Origin: Hydrogenobaculum sp.
GTDB taxonomy: Bacteria; Aquificota; Aquificia; Aquificales; Aquificaceae
Length of the DNA stretch: 56,175 nucleotides
Reading direction: 5' to 3'
Assembly (NCBI GenBank): GCA_002878215.1
Contig: PNJC01000044.1
Span: forward strand, 1-56,175
Position numbers and translations under genes: made by a program. This document shows positions 39,529 through 51,500 of the stretch, piece by piece. Each line of letters begins with the position of its first letter. Position 1 is the first letter of the stretch. The notes beneath the pieces are model-generated. The model did not search any database. It was not told the DNA's origin and worked only from the letters and a program-made list of their open reading frames with translations.

Positions 39529-42012
39529 ATGTTTTTGAGATTTTACAATAAAACAGCTTTTATATACAAAGGCAAAAGCATATCTTACAAAGAGCTAATT
39601 GAAAAAGCCGAATTTTACAGTGCAGCTATAGATATAATGCCCGGAGACAGAGTTGTCATATTCTCAGAAAATAAGCCAGAATGGGCTTATGCCCTTTTTG
39701 GTATATGGAGAAGAGGGGGTATAGCAGTACCCATAGACCATATGGCTTCTGAAGATGAAGTAGCGTTTATTATTCAAGATACAAGACCAACTTATGCTTT
39801 CGTATCCAACGAACTAAAAGATACTTTTGCAAAAGCTGTAAAAAGACATAGGTATAAGGTAGAGGTCATAGATATAGAAGATTTTATACCTTTCCAAGAT
39901 CCTAAAGAGCCCATCACAAACATTTCTGAAGATATAGCTCTTTTGCTTTATACCTCTGGTACCACTGGACAACCTAAAGGCGTTATGCTTACATTTGGAA
40001 ACCTTCAATCTAACGTAGAGGCTATAGCCAAAGAAAACATAGCTTCTTCAAAAGATGTTACAATAGCCCTTCTTCCGTTTCACCATGCTTACCCTCTTAT
40101 GGTATCTTTATTGGTGCCAATTTATCTTGGAGCTACAATTATATTTAGCGAAAGTCTTTCTTCTAGTTCTTTGATAAATTTAATAACTGCCAACAAAGTA
40201 ACTGCTCTCATTGGAGTACCAAAGCTTTACAAAATATTACACGACAAGATATTTGGAGAGATAAACAACATCCCTGTAGCAAAAAAACTGTTTTCCTTTG
40301 TGGATTTTGTTGGTAGTCCCAAGCTTGGTAAAATTATTTTTAAAAAAGTCCACAAAAGCTTTGGAGGTAGCCTCAGATATTTTATAAGCGGTGGTGCAAA
40401 GTTAGATCCAAATGTGGCCCACAACCTTTATATGCTTGGTTTTGATGTATTGGAAGGGTATGGTCTTACTGAGACATCTCCTATAGTAAGCTTTAATGTA
40501 CCCGGTAGTATAAAAATAGGTTCTGTTGGAAAGCCAATACCCGGTGTTGAGGTGAGAATAGCGGAAGATGGCGAGGTGTTGGTAAAAGGGAAAAATGTTA
40601 TGAAAGGTTATTGGCAAAGGCCAGACCTTACAAGTGAAGCTATAAAAGACGGCTGGTTTTATACTGGTGATATAGGTTATTTAGACGAAGATGGCTATCT
40701 TTATATAGTAGGTAGAAAAAAAGAACTTATAGTACTTGAAAACGGCAAAAAAGTAATTCCAGAAGAAATTGAAAACCTCATTCTTTCTAAAAGCGATATA
40801 GTAAAAGAAGTAGCTGTTATAGAACAGAATGGACATCTACATGCCATAATAGTACCAGATTTCGACTTAGCAAAAGAAAAAGGTATATTAAATCTAAGAG
40901 AATACATCACATGGGAAGTGATTGACAAAGTAAATAGAGAATTGCCTTCTTACAAAAACATCACAGATTTTACCATAAGAGAGGAAGAGCTTCCAAAAAC
41001 AAGGCTTGGAAAAATAAAGAGATTTTTACTAAAAGCTCAAGATAACGCACAACTAAAAGAACAAGTGCAAACTCAAGTGCAAACTCATAAAAAAGAAAAC
41101 AAGCCAATTGGTATCTTGACAGAACAAGAGGGAATATTGCTTGATTATTTAAGGAAATACAAAAGTGATATATCTCCTAAAGATCATATAGAAATAGACC
41201 TTGGCTTGGATTCTTTGGATAAGGTGGAGCTTTTAAGCTTTTTGGATAGAACGTTTGGTATACAAATACCCGAAAAGGAGCTTTCTAAATATTTATCTGT
41301 AGAGCAATTAATGAACTTAGTATCAGACAAAGAAGCCAAACAAACAAAAGAAGTAAACTGGCACGATATACTAAGCGAAACCGCTCCCGCTGAAACTTTA
41401 GAATACAAAGACGAGGTTTTAGTATACGGTTCTTATTTGTTAAAACAAATTTTTAGGATTTACTTTAGGTTCCAAGTGGAAGGCTTACCAAATCTACCAA
41501 AAGAAAATCCATTTATCATAGCACCAAATCATGCCAGTTATTTAGACGGGTTTTTAATAGCAGCTTCGTTGCCAAAAGAGTTAATAAAAGATACATATTT
41601 TGTAGGAGCAAAAGAATACTTTGAAGGCAAGTTTGGGGCTATTGTTGCCAAATATTTTCATGTTATAACAGTGGACACTCAATCAAGCGTTAAAGAAACG
41701 CTTGTAAAATCTGCAGCTGTTTTAAAAAGCAAGAAAAATTTAGTTATATTTCCAGAGGGAGCTAGGACTAGAAATGGTAAACTACTTCCCTTTAAAAAAG
41801 GTGTGGCTATATTGAGCAAAGAACTCAAGGTGCCTATTGTACCAACAGCTATAAAAGGGTCTTACGAGGCTATGAAAATAGGTGATTTATTCCCAAAACC
41901 AAAAAAAATAATTTTAAGATATGGATGGCCTATCGTAGATTACGAGTTTTCTTACGATGAAATCATAGGAAGACTGGAAGAAGCAGTGCAATCCCTTCTT
42001 GATTTACCTTAA
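39529..42012 (+). CDS. Fused fatty acyl-AMP/CoA ligase, acyl carrier domain and PlsC-type acyltransferase
   Basis: YTSGTTGQPKG, EGYGLTE, FYTGD (adenylation); DLGLDSL (phosphopantetheine site); NHASYLD and FPEGART (acyltransferase). Confidence 0.9.
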   Translation: MFLRFYNKTAFIYKGKSISYKELIEKAEFYSAAIDIMPGDRVVIFSENKPEWAYALFGIWRRGGIAVPIDHMASEDEVAFIIQDTRPTYAFVSNELKDTFAKAVKRHRYKVEVIDIEDFIPFQDPKEPITNISEDIALLLYTSGTTGQPKGVMLTFGNLQSNVEAIAKENIASSKDVTIALLPFHHAYPLMVSLLVPIYLGATIIFSESLSSSSLINLITANKVTALIGVPKLYKILHDKIFGEINNIPVAKKLFSFVDFVGSPKLGKIIFKKVHKSFGGSLRYFISGGAKLDPNVAHNLYMLGFDVLEGYGLTETSPIVSFNVPGSIKIGSVGKPIPGVEVRIAEDGEVLVKGKNVMKGYWQRPDLTSEAIKDGWFYTGDIGYLDEDGYLYIVGRKKELIVLENGKKVIPEEIENLILSKSDIVKEVAVIEQNGHLHAIIVPDFDLAKEKGILNLREYITWEVIDKVNRELPSYKNITDFTIREEELPKTRLGKIKRFLLKAQDNAQLKEQVQTQVQTHKKENKPIGILTEQEGILLDYLRKYKSDISPKDHIEIDLGLDSLDKVELLSFLDRTFGIQIPEKELSKYLSVEQLMNLVSDKEAKQTKEVNWHDILSETAPAETLEYKDEVLVYGSYLLKQIFRIYFRFQVEGLPNLPKENPFIIAPNHASYLDGFLIAASLPKELIKDTYFVGAKEYFEGKFGAIVAKYFHVITVDTQSSVKETLVKSAAVLKSKKNLVIFPEGARTRNGKLLPFKKGVAILSKELKVPIVPTAIKGSYEAMKIGDLFPKPKKIILRYGWPIVDYEFSYDEIIGRLEEAVQSLLDLP

Positions 42013-42053
42013 TAGATAGTTTTGGCTTTTAGTAAAGGCTTATCTTATTTATG

Positions 42054-42062
42054 TGCTATAAT
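42054..42062 (+). promoter_or_regulatory. Extended -10 (TGcTATAAT) of the serA-lysC-heptokinase operon
   Basis: Consensus TGn-TATAAT 31 nt upstream of the ATG; GGAGG SD present. Confidence 0.55.
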
Positions 42063-42093
42063 ATATATTCTAACTAATGTTGCGGAGGTTTTT

Positions 42094-43677
42094 ATGAAAG
42101 TTTTAATCACCGACCCAATATCTCCAAAAGGCGTAGAGATTCTTAAGAAAGAATTTGAGGTGGATTATTATCCTGAAATCAAGTTTGAAGAGCTCTTAGA
42201 AATAGTTGGAAATTATGATGCAATAGTAACAAGAAGTAGAACACCAATTACTACCGAGCTTTTAGAAAGGGCAAAAAATTTAAAAGTAATAGGAAGGGCA
42301 GGGGTAGGTGTAGACAACGTAGATATAGAAACCGCTTCTAAAAAAGGTATTTTGGTGTGTAATACACCAGGGGCAAACACTATAGGTGCTACCGAACTCA
42401 CCATAGGACACATGATAAATGTTATAAGAACTATACACAAAACCCACAATACAATAATGGACTATAGATGGGAAAGACATAGTTTTATGGGTATTGAGCT
42501 TTTTGGAAAAACATTAGGAATAATAGGTTTAGGAAACATAGGCTCTCAAGTGGCAATAAGAGCAAAAGCTTTTGGAATGAAAGTGGTTGCCTATGATCCT
42601 TATATACCAAGAGAAAAAGGTGATAGGTTGGGAGTAAAGCTATACGACGATTTGGATGAAATGCTTGCAATATCTGATGTTGTAACCATACACACCCCGC
42701 TAACCCATGAAACAAAAGGAATGATAAACAAAGAGCGCATTGCAAAGATGAAAGACGGTGCTATAGTGATAAACTGCGCAAGGGGTGGCATCATAGTAGA
42801 GTGGGATTTGATAGAAGCTCTTAAAAGCGGAAAACTATACGGAGCTGGTATAGACGTTTTTAGCAAAGAACCGCCACCAAAAGAACTTGTCGATGCTTTT
42901 AAAGAATGTAAAAACGTATCGTTGAGCGCTCACATAGGGGCAAATACCTATGAATCCCAAGAAAACGTAGGCATCATAATAGCCCAGCAAGTAACAAAAG
43001 CTTTAAAAGGACAACCTGTAGATTACGTGGTAAACGCACCTTTCCCAGATATATCCGTTATAACTCTTATAAAACCGCACTTAGATTTGGCTGAAAATAT
43101 GGGAAGTTTTGTAGCTCAGCTAAGCACCGACGGTATAAAGAAGATAAAAGTAGAGGTTATAGGAGACTTGGCCCAAAACTCAAAACCTGTAGTAGCAGCC
43201 GTACTAAAAGGTGTTTTAAAGAGTATAACGGATTATCCAGTAAATATCATAAATGCTACATATCTTGCAAAAGATTACGGCATAGAGGTAGAGGAAATAG
43301 CAAGCGAGGAGTCTCAAGATTTTAAACATTATATAAAAATAACCGCTTACGGAGATGTGCAAGAGAAGGTTGTAGGTGGTAGTCTAATAGAAAATCAAAT
43401 ACCTCGTATCTTGCAAATAGATAGATTCTACGTGGATGTGGAGCCAGAAGGTGTTATGCTTGTGTTTGAAAATAAAGACGCGCCTGGGGTAATAGGCACT
43501 ATAGGGTCTATCTTAGGTCAAGCCAATGTTAATATAGCTGGTTTTAGATTAGGTAGAGAGAAAAAAGGCGGGTTGGCATTAGGAGTACTAAACCTAGATT
43601 CTAAAGTAAGCGATGAGGTGTTAGAAAAGCTTAAAAGAATACCTCAAATTATCTCTATGAAGCAGGTAATCTTATGA
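42094..43677 (+). CDS. serA: D-3-phosphoglycerate dehydrogenase
   Basis: [27 protein letters not shown] motifs; ASB and ACT domains; ATG at 42094 with GGAGG SD. Confidence 0.96.
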   Translation: MKVLITDPISPKGVEILKKEFEVDYYPEIKFEELLEIVGNYDAIVTRSRTPITTELLERAKNLKVIGRAGVGVDNVDIETASKKGILVCNTPGANTIGATELTIGHMINVIRTIHKTHNTIMDYRWERHSFMGIELFGKTLGIIGLGNIGSQVAIRAKAFGMKVVAYDPYIPREKGDRLGVKLYDDLDEMLAISDVVTIHTPLTHETKGMINKERIAKMKDGAIVINCARGGIIVEWDLIEALKSGKLYGAGIDVFSKEPPPKELVDAFKECKNVSLSAHIGANTYESQENVGIIIAQQVTKALKGQPVDYVVNAPFPDISVITLIKPHLDLAENMGSFVAQLSTDGIKKIKVEVIGDLAQNSKPVVAAVLKGVLKSITDYPVNIINATYLAKDYGIEVEEIASEESQDFKHYIKITAYGDVQEKVVGGSLIENQIPRILQIDRFYVDVEPEGVMLVFENKDAPGVIGTIGSILGQANVNIAGFRLGREKKGGLALGVLNLDSKVSDEVLEKLKRIPQIISMKQVIL

Positions 43678-44888
43678 TACTGGTACAAAAGTTCGGTGGT
43701 ACATCCGTTGGATCTATAGAGCGCATAGAAAATGCCGCCAACAAAGTTATAAATGCTATAAAAAAAGGCTACAAGCCTGTGGTAGTGTCTTCAGCCATGT
43801 CTGGTGAGACAGAGAGGCTTATAAAATTAGCAAAAGCCATAGAAGAGCATCCAAGCTATAGAGAGTTAGACCAACTTATATCTACTGGTGAGCAGCAAGC
43901 CATAGCCCTTTTTGCTCTTATGCTTATAAAAAAAGGGTATGATGCTATGAGTTTGTGCGGTTGGCAAATACCTATAGAAACAGACGATGTGCATTTTAAA
44001 GCCAACATTAAAAATATAAACACAAAAAAGATTTTTGAGCTTTTAGAAAAAAATATAATACCGGTAGTGGCTGGTTTTCAAGGTATAGACGAGCATGGAG
44101 ATATAACCACCTTAGGAAGAGGTGGATCTGACACTACTGCGGTGGCTTTAGCTGGATATCTAAGAGCAGATTGTGAGATATACACAGACGTAAATGGGGT
44201 TTATACCACAGATCCTCGTATTGTAAAGCATGCTAAAAAGATAGATTACATATCCTATGAAGAAATGCTTGAGATGGCATCGTTGGGTGCTAAGGTTATG
44301 CAGATAAAGAGTGTTGAGTTTGCAGCAAAATTTGGATCTCGTATACATGTTAGATCTTCATTTGAAGAAGCTGAAGGCACTTGGATAGTACCGGAGGAAG
44401 AAATTATGGAGAAAAAAGCCGTAAGAGCTATAACCGCCGATGTCAACGAGTCTAGAATTACTATAACCCACATACCAGATAAACCTGGTATAGCTGCTGA
44501 GATTTTTAAGAGCTTAGGAGAGTCTCACATAGTGGTAGATATGATTGTCCAAAACGTCTCTGTGGATGGGTACACCGATATGTCTTTTACTGTAAACAAA
44601 AACGACGCTCACAAAGCAGAAGAAATTACAAAAAAAGTGGCTAAACAACTAAACGCCAGAGATGTGTTAAGAGATGACGATGTAGCCAAGATATCCGTGG
44701 TAGGTATAGGTATGAAAAGCGCTTACGGCATAGCTGGACGTATGTTTGAAGTACTTGCCTCAAACAACATAAATATAAAAGCTATTTCTACTTCAGAGAT
44801 AAAAATATCTTGCCTTATAGACGAAAAGTATACAGAGCTTGCTGTTAGAGCTCTTCATGAGGAGTTTATAGAAAAAGATGAGCCTTGA
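43674..44888 (+). CDS. lysC: Aspartate kinase
   Basis: [32 protein letters not shown] motifs; two ACT domains. Confidence 0.96.
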   Translation: MILVQKFGGTSVGSIERIENAANKVINAIKKGYKPVVVSSAMSGETERLIKLAKAIEEHPSYRELDQLISTGEQQAIALFALMLIKKGYDAMSLCGWQIPIETDDVHFKANIKNINTKKIFELLEKNIIPVVAGFQGIDEHGDITTLGRGGSDTTAVALAGYLRADCEIYTDVNGVYTTDPRIVKHAKKIDYISYEEMLEMASLGAKVMQIKSVEFAAKFGSRIHVRSSFEEAEGTWIVPEEEIMEKKAVRAITADVNESRITITHIPDKPGIAAEIFKSLGESHIVVDMIVQNVSVDGYTDMSFTVNKNDAHKAEEITKKVAKQLNARDVLRDDDVAKISVVGIGMKSAYGIAGRMFEVLASNNINIKAISTSEIKISCLIDEKYTELAVRALHEEFIEKDEP

Positions 44889-45804
44889 TAAAAAAAGAGC
44901 TAAAGAGATTTTAGACGCTTTTAAAAGCCTAAAAATTGTCGTAGTGGGCGATGTGATGCTCGATCATTATCTTTTTGGCAACGTTGAAAGAATATCTCCA
45001 GAAGCTCCAGTACCGGTGGTAGAAGTACTATCAGAAGAGTATAGACTTGGTGGAGCTGCAAACGTTGCCAGCAACTTAGCCTCTTTGGATGTGCAGACTT
45101 CTTTGTGTGGTATAGTAGGCGACGACAATGCAAATATTATAATGTCTAAAAGATTAAAAGAACTAAACATAGAGAATTTAAATATTATCTCAGACAAACC
45201 CACTACTCAAAAGACACGCATAATAGCATCTCATCAGCAACTTATAAGGATAGATTGGGAAGATAAGACTCCGTTTTTAGATTTTAAAATTATATTGGAT
45301 AGGCTTCCAAAGGATGTGGACGGTATTATTGTATCAGATTATGCAAAAGGTACAATCACGGAAAACCTTTGTCAGGCTTTGACAAAACATTATCCTTTCG
45401 TTTCAGCAGACCCAAAGCCCCATCACAAAAATTTTTACCGTAATCTATCTGTGATAACTCCAAACGAAAAAGAAGCCAAGGCTATGTTAAACGAAGAGGA
45501 TATATTTACTCTTGGCAAAAGCCTAAAAGCTGAATTAAATCTTAAATATCTAGCCATAACGCTTGGGCCAAAGGGTGTTGCTTTTTTTGAAGACGATGCT
45601 ATTCATACTTACAGCGCAAAGGCAAAAGAGGTTTACGATGTAACAGGTGCTGGTGATACGTTTTTAGCTGTTTTGACTGCAGCTTTGTTAGCTGGTGCTA
45701 AAACTAACGAAGCCTGTGAGCTTGCCAACACCGCCGCTGGTATAGTTGTATCAAAAATAGGTGCTGCTTCTACCACGAAAGAAGAAATATTGGAAAATCT
45801 TTAA
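44878..45804 (+). CDS. rfaE1: D-glycero-D-manno-heptose 7-phosphate kinase (stand-alone RfaE/HldE kinase domain)
   Basis: [38 protein letters not shown] motifs. Confidence 0.92.
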   Translation: MSLDKKRAKEILDAFKSLKIVVVGDVMLDHYLFGNVERISPEAPVPVVEVLSEEYRLGGAANVASNLASLDVQTSLCGIVGDDNANIIMSKRLKELNIENLNIISDKPTTQKTRIIASHQQLIRIDWEDKTPFLDFKIILDRLPKDVDGIIVSDYAKGTITENLCQALTKHYPFVSADPKPHHKNFYRNLSVITPNEKEAKAMLNEEDIFTLGKSLKAELNLKYLAITLGPKGVAFFEDDAIHTYSAKAKEVYDVTGAGDTFLAVLTAALLAGAKTNEACELANTAAGIVVSKIGAASTTKEEILENL

Positions 45805-46106
45805 AATAGACCACCGAATCCCCAATAACTTGACATCTCTTGTAAAAATTCTAAAAGCTCAGATATATTTTTACACATACCTTGATAACAGCAAGTTTGG
45901 TCACCATCTTTGAAATTTATATCTATAATACCATCTTTTCTTACTATTAGCTCAGCATCGATGCCTTTGGACTCGTATATACCAAGAAATCCGTAATCCA
46001 TAGGAAACCATACAAACATATCCAACCTGAGTATGTTTTCCAGATCTTTATAAAAGTAGGTAATAGCGTTTGTTTTAAATTCATACAAAACACTTTCGCA
46101 AGCCAT
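45801..46106 (-). CDS. Hypothetical protein (101 aa)
   Basis: Fills the gap convergent with rfaE1; protein-like composition; has its own promoter elements. Confidence 0.7.
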   Translation of the reverse strand: MACESVLYEFKTNAITYFYKDLENILRLDMFVWFPMDYGFLGIYESKGIDAELIVRKDGIIDINFKDGDQTCCYQGMCKNISELLEFLQEMSSYWGFGGLF

Positions 46107-46140
46107 TGTATAAATGTAATAAATAAAAACTTCAAAAGAC

Positions 46141-46154
46141 TTGATTTATATCAG
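46141..46154. promoter_or_regulatory. CRP/FNR(DNR)-type box TTGAT-TTAT-ATCAG
   Basis: 9/10 match to TTGAT-N4-ATCAA; centred 41.5 nt upstream of the ATG at 46106. Confidence 0.55.
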
Positions 46155-46211
46155 TATAAAAATATCTTTATTTCATAAAAAATTAGCATTCTTATGGCAA
46201 AATAGAATGTT

Positions 46212-47483
46212 ATGAAGCTAAAAAAAATAAAAGGTATTGTTTTTGGTTTTTTGGTATATGGGCTTTTAGCATCAAAACCTTCTTTTTCACAGGAAAAGCC
46301 GTTAGAGCTAACGCCTGCCCAAGCAGTTTCTATTTTTATACACAACAACTACAACGTTTTAATAGACAAATACAATATAGACAAAGCCTATGCAAACTAC
46401 CTTGAATCAAAAGCCCACACAAATCCTACTATATATATGTCTAGCACTCAGCACGAAATAAGAAATGGAGAGTTAAGAAGCAGAGATTCTACATCAAACA
46501 TAGGTATATCTAAGCTTTTCAGAATGGGTGGCAAAAGAAGTCTAAACATGAAACTAAACTACGCCCTTTACAAATCTTCTATTTTCGCTCACGACGACAA
46601 TGTAAGGAATCTCCTTATAGGGTTTATGAGCCTTTACTACCAAGTGATAATAGATAAGATAGCTTTAAGACAAGCTAAAGATGACCTTGATAACTATGAA
46701 AAGGTATTAAAGATAGCTAAATATCAAAGGGATTACGGGTTTATATCTAATTTAGATTATTTTAAACTATCTGTTTACAAAGTAAACCTTCAAAGCGCAG
46801 TATATCAAGCAAAAGCTCAATACGAAAACGATTTGAAAGAGTTGCAAACGCTGCTTAGACTAAAAACCCCAATACGTTTAAAAGCTGGTTATCCAGTAGC
46901 ATTTTTATTAAACCAAAAACTAAATTTAAAAAAATATGAAGAGCTTGCTTTGAATAGATTCGATGTAAAAGCGGCAAGATATCAACTTCAATCTGATCTT
47001 TACAACTTAAAATATCAAAAGGCTCAAAATATACCAGATTTAACGTTCAACTTTGAGATAGATACAGTGGGAATGGACTCAGAAGGAAGAAGATATCCTT
47101 TTATGATAGGTGCAGGACTTAGCTTTCCACTTCCTATATTTGATAGAAACGTAGGTGGTATTTTAAATGCGGCTTACAGTATAAAGCAAGATAGGCTTAT
47201 GCTTAAAAATTTAGAAGATACTGCAAAAACCCAAACTTACCAAGCTTACCAAAACTTTTTAAGCGCTCAAAAGACCTTTAGAGCCTACGTAGAAAAAAAG
47301 AAAGAAATTGAAAAAATTCTTGATATATCTCAAAAATCTTTTGCTTTAAGAGGTATATCTGTGCTTGATTTGCTCGACGCTGAAAGAACTTACAAAGATT
47401 TTATGGCAAGCTATAGAAATGCTTTATATCAGCTTATGCTAAGTAGAACGCTTTTAGATCTTTATAGCAGGGGTAACCTATGA
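46212..47483 (+). CDS. TolC/CzcC family outer-membrane efflux protein
   Basis: Signal peptide; LSFPLPIFDRNVG and GISVLDLLDAER OEP repeats; upstream of MFP and RND genes. Confidence 0.9.
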   Translation: MKLKKIKGIVFGFLVYGLLASKPSFSQEKPLELTPAQAVSIFIHNNYNVLIDKYNIDKAYANYLESKAHTNPTIYMSSTQHEIRNGELRSRDSTSNIGISKLFRMGGKRSLNMKLNYALYKSSIFAHDDNVRNLLIGFMSLYYQVIIDKIALRQAKDDLDNYEKVLKIAKYQRDYGFISNLDYFKLSVYKVNLQSAVYQAKAQYENDLKELQTLLRLKTPIRLKAGYPVAFLLNQKLNLKKYEELALNRFDVKAARYQLQSDLYNLKYQKAQNIPDLTFNFEIDTVGMDSEGRRYPFMIGAGLSFPLPIFDRNVGGILNAAYSIKQDRLMLKNLEDTAKTQTYQAYQNFLSAQKTFRAYVEKKKEIEKILDISQKSFALRGISVLDLLDAERTYKDFMASYRNALYQLMLSRTLLDLYSRGNL

Positions 47484-48573
47484 ATAAGAAAATTTTTAAA
47501 GGTGCTTTTTTATCGGGTTTAGTTTGCTTGGCTTTTACCAGCTGCAACAACTCCAAGGCATCAAGCAACGCTGTGAAGCAAAATGAAGCGAGATCATCAG
47601 AGACTAGCAACATAAAAATAGTAAAGGTAAGCGTTTCTACTTTTACTAAAAGCCTTAAACTTCCAGGTACTGTCAAATCTTCTCCAAATGGCATTGTAAA
47701 CGTTACTTCTTCTGTAAACGGGGTTATAGAAAGGGTGCTTGTAAATATAGGTCAAAATGTCCATACAGGACAGCCTCTTTTCTTGGTAAAATCTGCTGAT
47801 GTAGCAAACTTATATTCAAACTATCTTCAGGCAAAAGCCCAGTATGAGCTTGCCAAAAAAACTTACGAGCTTACCAAAAAGCTTTATGCAATAGGCTCAA
47901 TGTCTAAGTTCGATTTGGATAACGCTTTGGCAAATTTAAAATCTTCCAAAGCCCTTATGGATGGATACTATGCCTAAATGCGCATAATAGGCTTAAAAGG
48001 TGGTGGTTCTTACGTAATGACAAAATACATAACAAGCCCAGCAGATGGTGTTGTGGCAAAATTAATATACATCCTGGTGAAAAAATCATAGTAGATCCAT
48101 ACACACCGCTTGCTACTATAGTAGACACTTCTCATGTTATGGTAGAAGCGGATGCTTTTAGCAAAGATATAAGGTTTATAAAGCCAGGTCAAAATGCAGA
48201 TATAACGACTTCCTCTTATCCTGGAATTGACTTTAAAGGTAAAATATTCTACGTAGGAGACATAGTAGACCCTAATACAAGGACTTATAAAGTTTATATA
48301 AGAGTTAAAAATATACATAATCTCTTAAAACCAAATATGTTTGTAAATGTAAAGATATTGCCAAATACTATTCAAGCTTTATCCATTCCTCAGAGCGCTT
48401 TAGTATTTGACAACAACAAGTTTTACGTTTTTAAATATGAAAATGGTAAGTATGTAAAAACAGAGGTTCAAGTCTATCAAATAAAAGACGGTACCGCTTA
48501 TATAAAAAGCGGTCTTAACCAAGGAGATGAGATAGTAGGTTCTGGTAGCTTGTTGTTAAAAGATGCATCATAG
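47480..48573 (+). pseudogene. RND periplasmic adaptor (CzcB-like) disrupted by an in-frame TAA and a 1-nt deletion
   Basis: TAA at 47975-47977 is followed in frame by ...ITSPADGVVAK; frame shifts at the A-run 48058-48061 into INIHPGEK...VMVEAD...IVDPNTRT...LKPNMF. Confidence 0.88.
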
Positions 48574-48582
48574 GGTTGATTT

Positions 48583-51500
48583 ATGAGATCATTTATAAAC
48601 TTTGTACTTCAAAACAAAATAGTGTTTATATTCGTAGTGTTGCTACTTTTTATCTTTTCTATATTTGGTCTTAAAAAGCTCGATGTAGAACCATTTCCAG
48701 ACTACTCTCCCGTTGTGGTAGAAATCACCGCTATATACGCTGGTCATTCTGCAAAAGAGGTAGAAAAGCAAGTAACTATACCTCTTGAGAGTGCTCTCTC
48801 AGCAATCCCTTACGCCACTAGGATAAATACCCTATCTTTATATGGTCTTTCCGATGTAAAGGTTACGTTTAGCTACGATATAAGCTACGATGCTGCAAAG
48901 CAACATATTATAAATAGACTTACGCAAGCAAATCTTCCACCAGGTGTTCAGCCAGTTATTCAGTCAAATCCAGTGGGTGAGGTCATGAGGTTTCAAGTAA
49001 GAGGTCTCAAACATCAATCTCTTATGGATCTTAGAACGCTTGCCGATTGGCCCATATGTAGACAAATCAAGACCGTTCCAGGCATAGAAGACTGCAACCC
49101 TATTGGTGGTTTTGAAAAGCAATATCAAGTGATAGTTGACCCTCAAAAGCTTGTGAAATATGGTCTTACATTAACACAAGTGCAGAACGCTATAGCAAAC
49201 GCAAATATAAACGTTGGTGGCAACTACACAGAAATAGGTGAGCAAACATATACAATTCGTGGTATTGGGCTTATAAAAAATTTGAATGATATAAAAAATA
49301 TAGTTTTAACAAACTACAACGGTACTCCTATAACAGTGGCTGATGTTGGAAAAGTACGCATAGGACATGCGCCAGTACAAGGCTATATGGGGCTTAGCAT
49401 AAGAGAACCAAATGGCAAATGGTATTCAAGAAATCAGGTGGTGGTAGTAACAGCCGTCATGAGAAAAGATGCCCAATCTGTACCTACTTTAAGAGCCTTA
49501 AACAAAAAGATTAAGGAGTTAAATGAACAGTATAAATCTCAAGGTGTAGAGTTGGTGCCATATTATACAAGACAAACTCTCTTAAATGCCGTTATAAACA
49601 AAATAAAAGAAAATGCCACGATAGGTATTATTCTAATACTTGCTATGGTGATTTTCTTCTTAGGAGATGTTCCAATAGCCCTTATAGTTGCTTCCGTGGT
49701 CCCAATTGCCCTTATATCAACACTTGCTTTTATGGCTTTAAGAGGTGAGGAAGCTAACCTCATATCCCTCGGGGCTGTTGATTTTGGTATTATCATAGAT
49801 AGCGCTATCCTTCTAGCGGAAAACATTTTCAGAATATCTGGAGAAAAAGAGAATCACAGTGCAGACTATGTTATAGCCTACGCTACTATGGACATAGCAA
49901 AACCAGTGATGTTTTCAATTCTCATAATCATTGCCTCTTTCATACCACTTTTTATGATGAGCGGAGCTCAAGGAGTTTTGTTTAGTCCAATGGCAAGAAC
50001 TTACGTTTACGCTCTTGCTATAGCTATAGTACTCACTTTTACCTTTGTGCCATCAGCTATAGGACTTGTAAAGAAAGAGATAAACAAAAAGGAGCCTAAA
50101 ATACCTCTTATCCTTACAGATTTTTATATTAAAATCCTAAAACAAATACTAAAGATAGCAAAACCCTTCACCATAGCAAGCTTTATAGTAATAGCAATAA
50201 TGCTTATCTGTTTCAAGTTTTTAGGAACGGAATTTATACCAACCTTAGACGAAGGAAATATATACCTAAGGATTACGTTTCCATACAGTATAGCCCTTTC
50301 TACTTCTCATAAGTATGCCAACGAAGTAAGACAGTATATGATGACATTTCCAGAAGTAGTATCTGTAGATAGTAGAGCGGGAAGACCAGAAGACGGTACA
50401 GACGACGTTGGTCCTTATGATACAGAGTACTCAATTCAGCTTTTACCATATTCAAAGTGGCCAGATGGTATGACTAAGAAAAAGCTTGAAAATATAATGA
50501 GAAAACATCTCGAAAAAATGTTTCCAGGGGCAGATGTAAATTTCTCTCAATACATTCAAGACAACTTTGATGAAGTGCTTTCTGGTGTTAAGGGTGAAAA
50601 CTCGTTAAAAATATACGGACCAAAGTTAGAAGAATTAGATAAGTTGGGAAGAGAAATAACACCTGTCTTAGAACATATAAAAGGTATGGCAGATGTAGGC
50701 ATGTATAAAGAACTTGGTCAACCTGAAATAGATGTAAGAGTTGACAGAGAAAAAGCAGCAAGGTATGGCTTAAATACTGGAGATGTTTTAAATATAATAC
50801 AAGCTGCCATAGGAAGCTCACCAGTAACAGAGGTTTTAAAAGGAGATGAGCAGTTTGATTTAGTAATAAGATTTCCAAAGGATTATAGAAAAACTGCTAA
50901 AGAGATAGCTTCTATACCCATACTAACTCCAAACGGTCAGATTATAAAACTTGGTGACGTGGCAGATGTAAGATATCACATAGGTGCTTTCTTTATATAT
51001 CGGGAAAATTATCAAAGATTCTTACCTATAAAGTTTAGCATTACCACTTCAAACGTAGGCGGTGTTATAAAAAAAGCCAAAGAAGCTATAGCAAAAGCCG
51101 TAAAACTACCACCGGGCTACCACCTTGAATGGAGCGGTGAATACAAGCAAATGATACAAGCCCAGCGTCAAATGGCTATTATAATACCAGTAGCTGTATT
51201 TATAGCCTTAGCGATATTGTATTTATACTTTAAATCCTTAAGATATACGTTTGTGGCTTTCTCCAGTGCTGTAGTGGCTATAGGTACTGCGATTGTTACA
51301 CTTTTATTGCTTGGCATGGCATTTAGCGTCTCCTCTGCTATAGGATTTATATCTGTAATGGGTGTTTCTATAATGAACGGCTCTGTTATAGTCACTCAAT
51401 TTATAAGGCTTTACGAAAGTGGACTATCGGTTTACGATGCCGTAATAGAAACTATGAAAGACAAATTTAGACCCGTATTGATGACAGGTTTGGTGGCTGC

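Noticed and set aside
41062-41087. 12-bp tandem repeat CAAGTGCAAACT x2 (QVQTQVQT)
   Set aside because: In-frame micro-duplication in an interdomain linker; only two copies, so not an array or a phase-variation tract
47975-48061. Programmed readthrough or frameshift restoring the adaptor
   Set aside because: It would need both TAA readthrough and a shift on a run of only four A, with no visible stimulatory structure; a pseudogene is simpler
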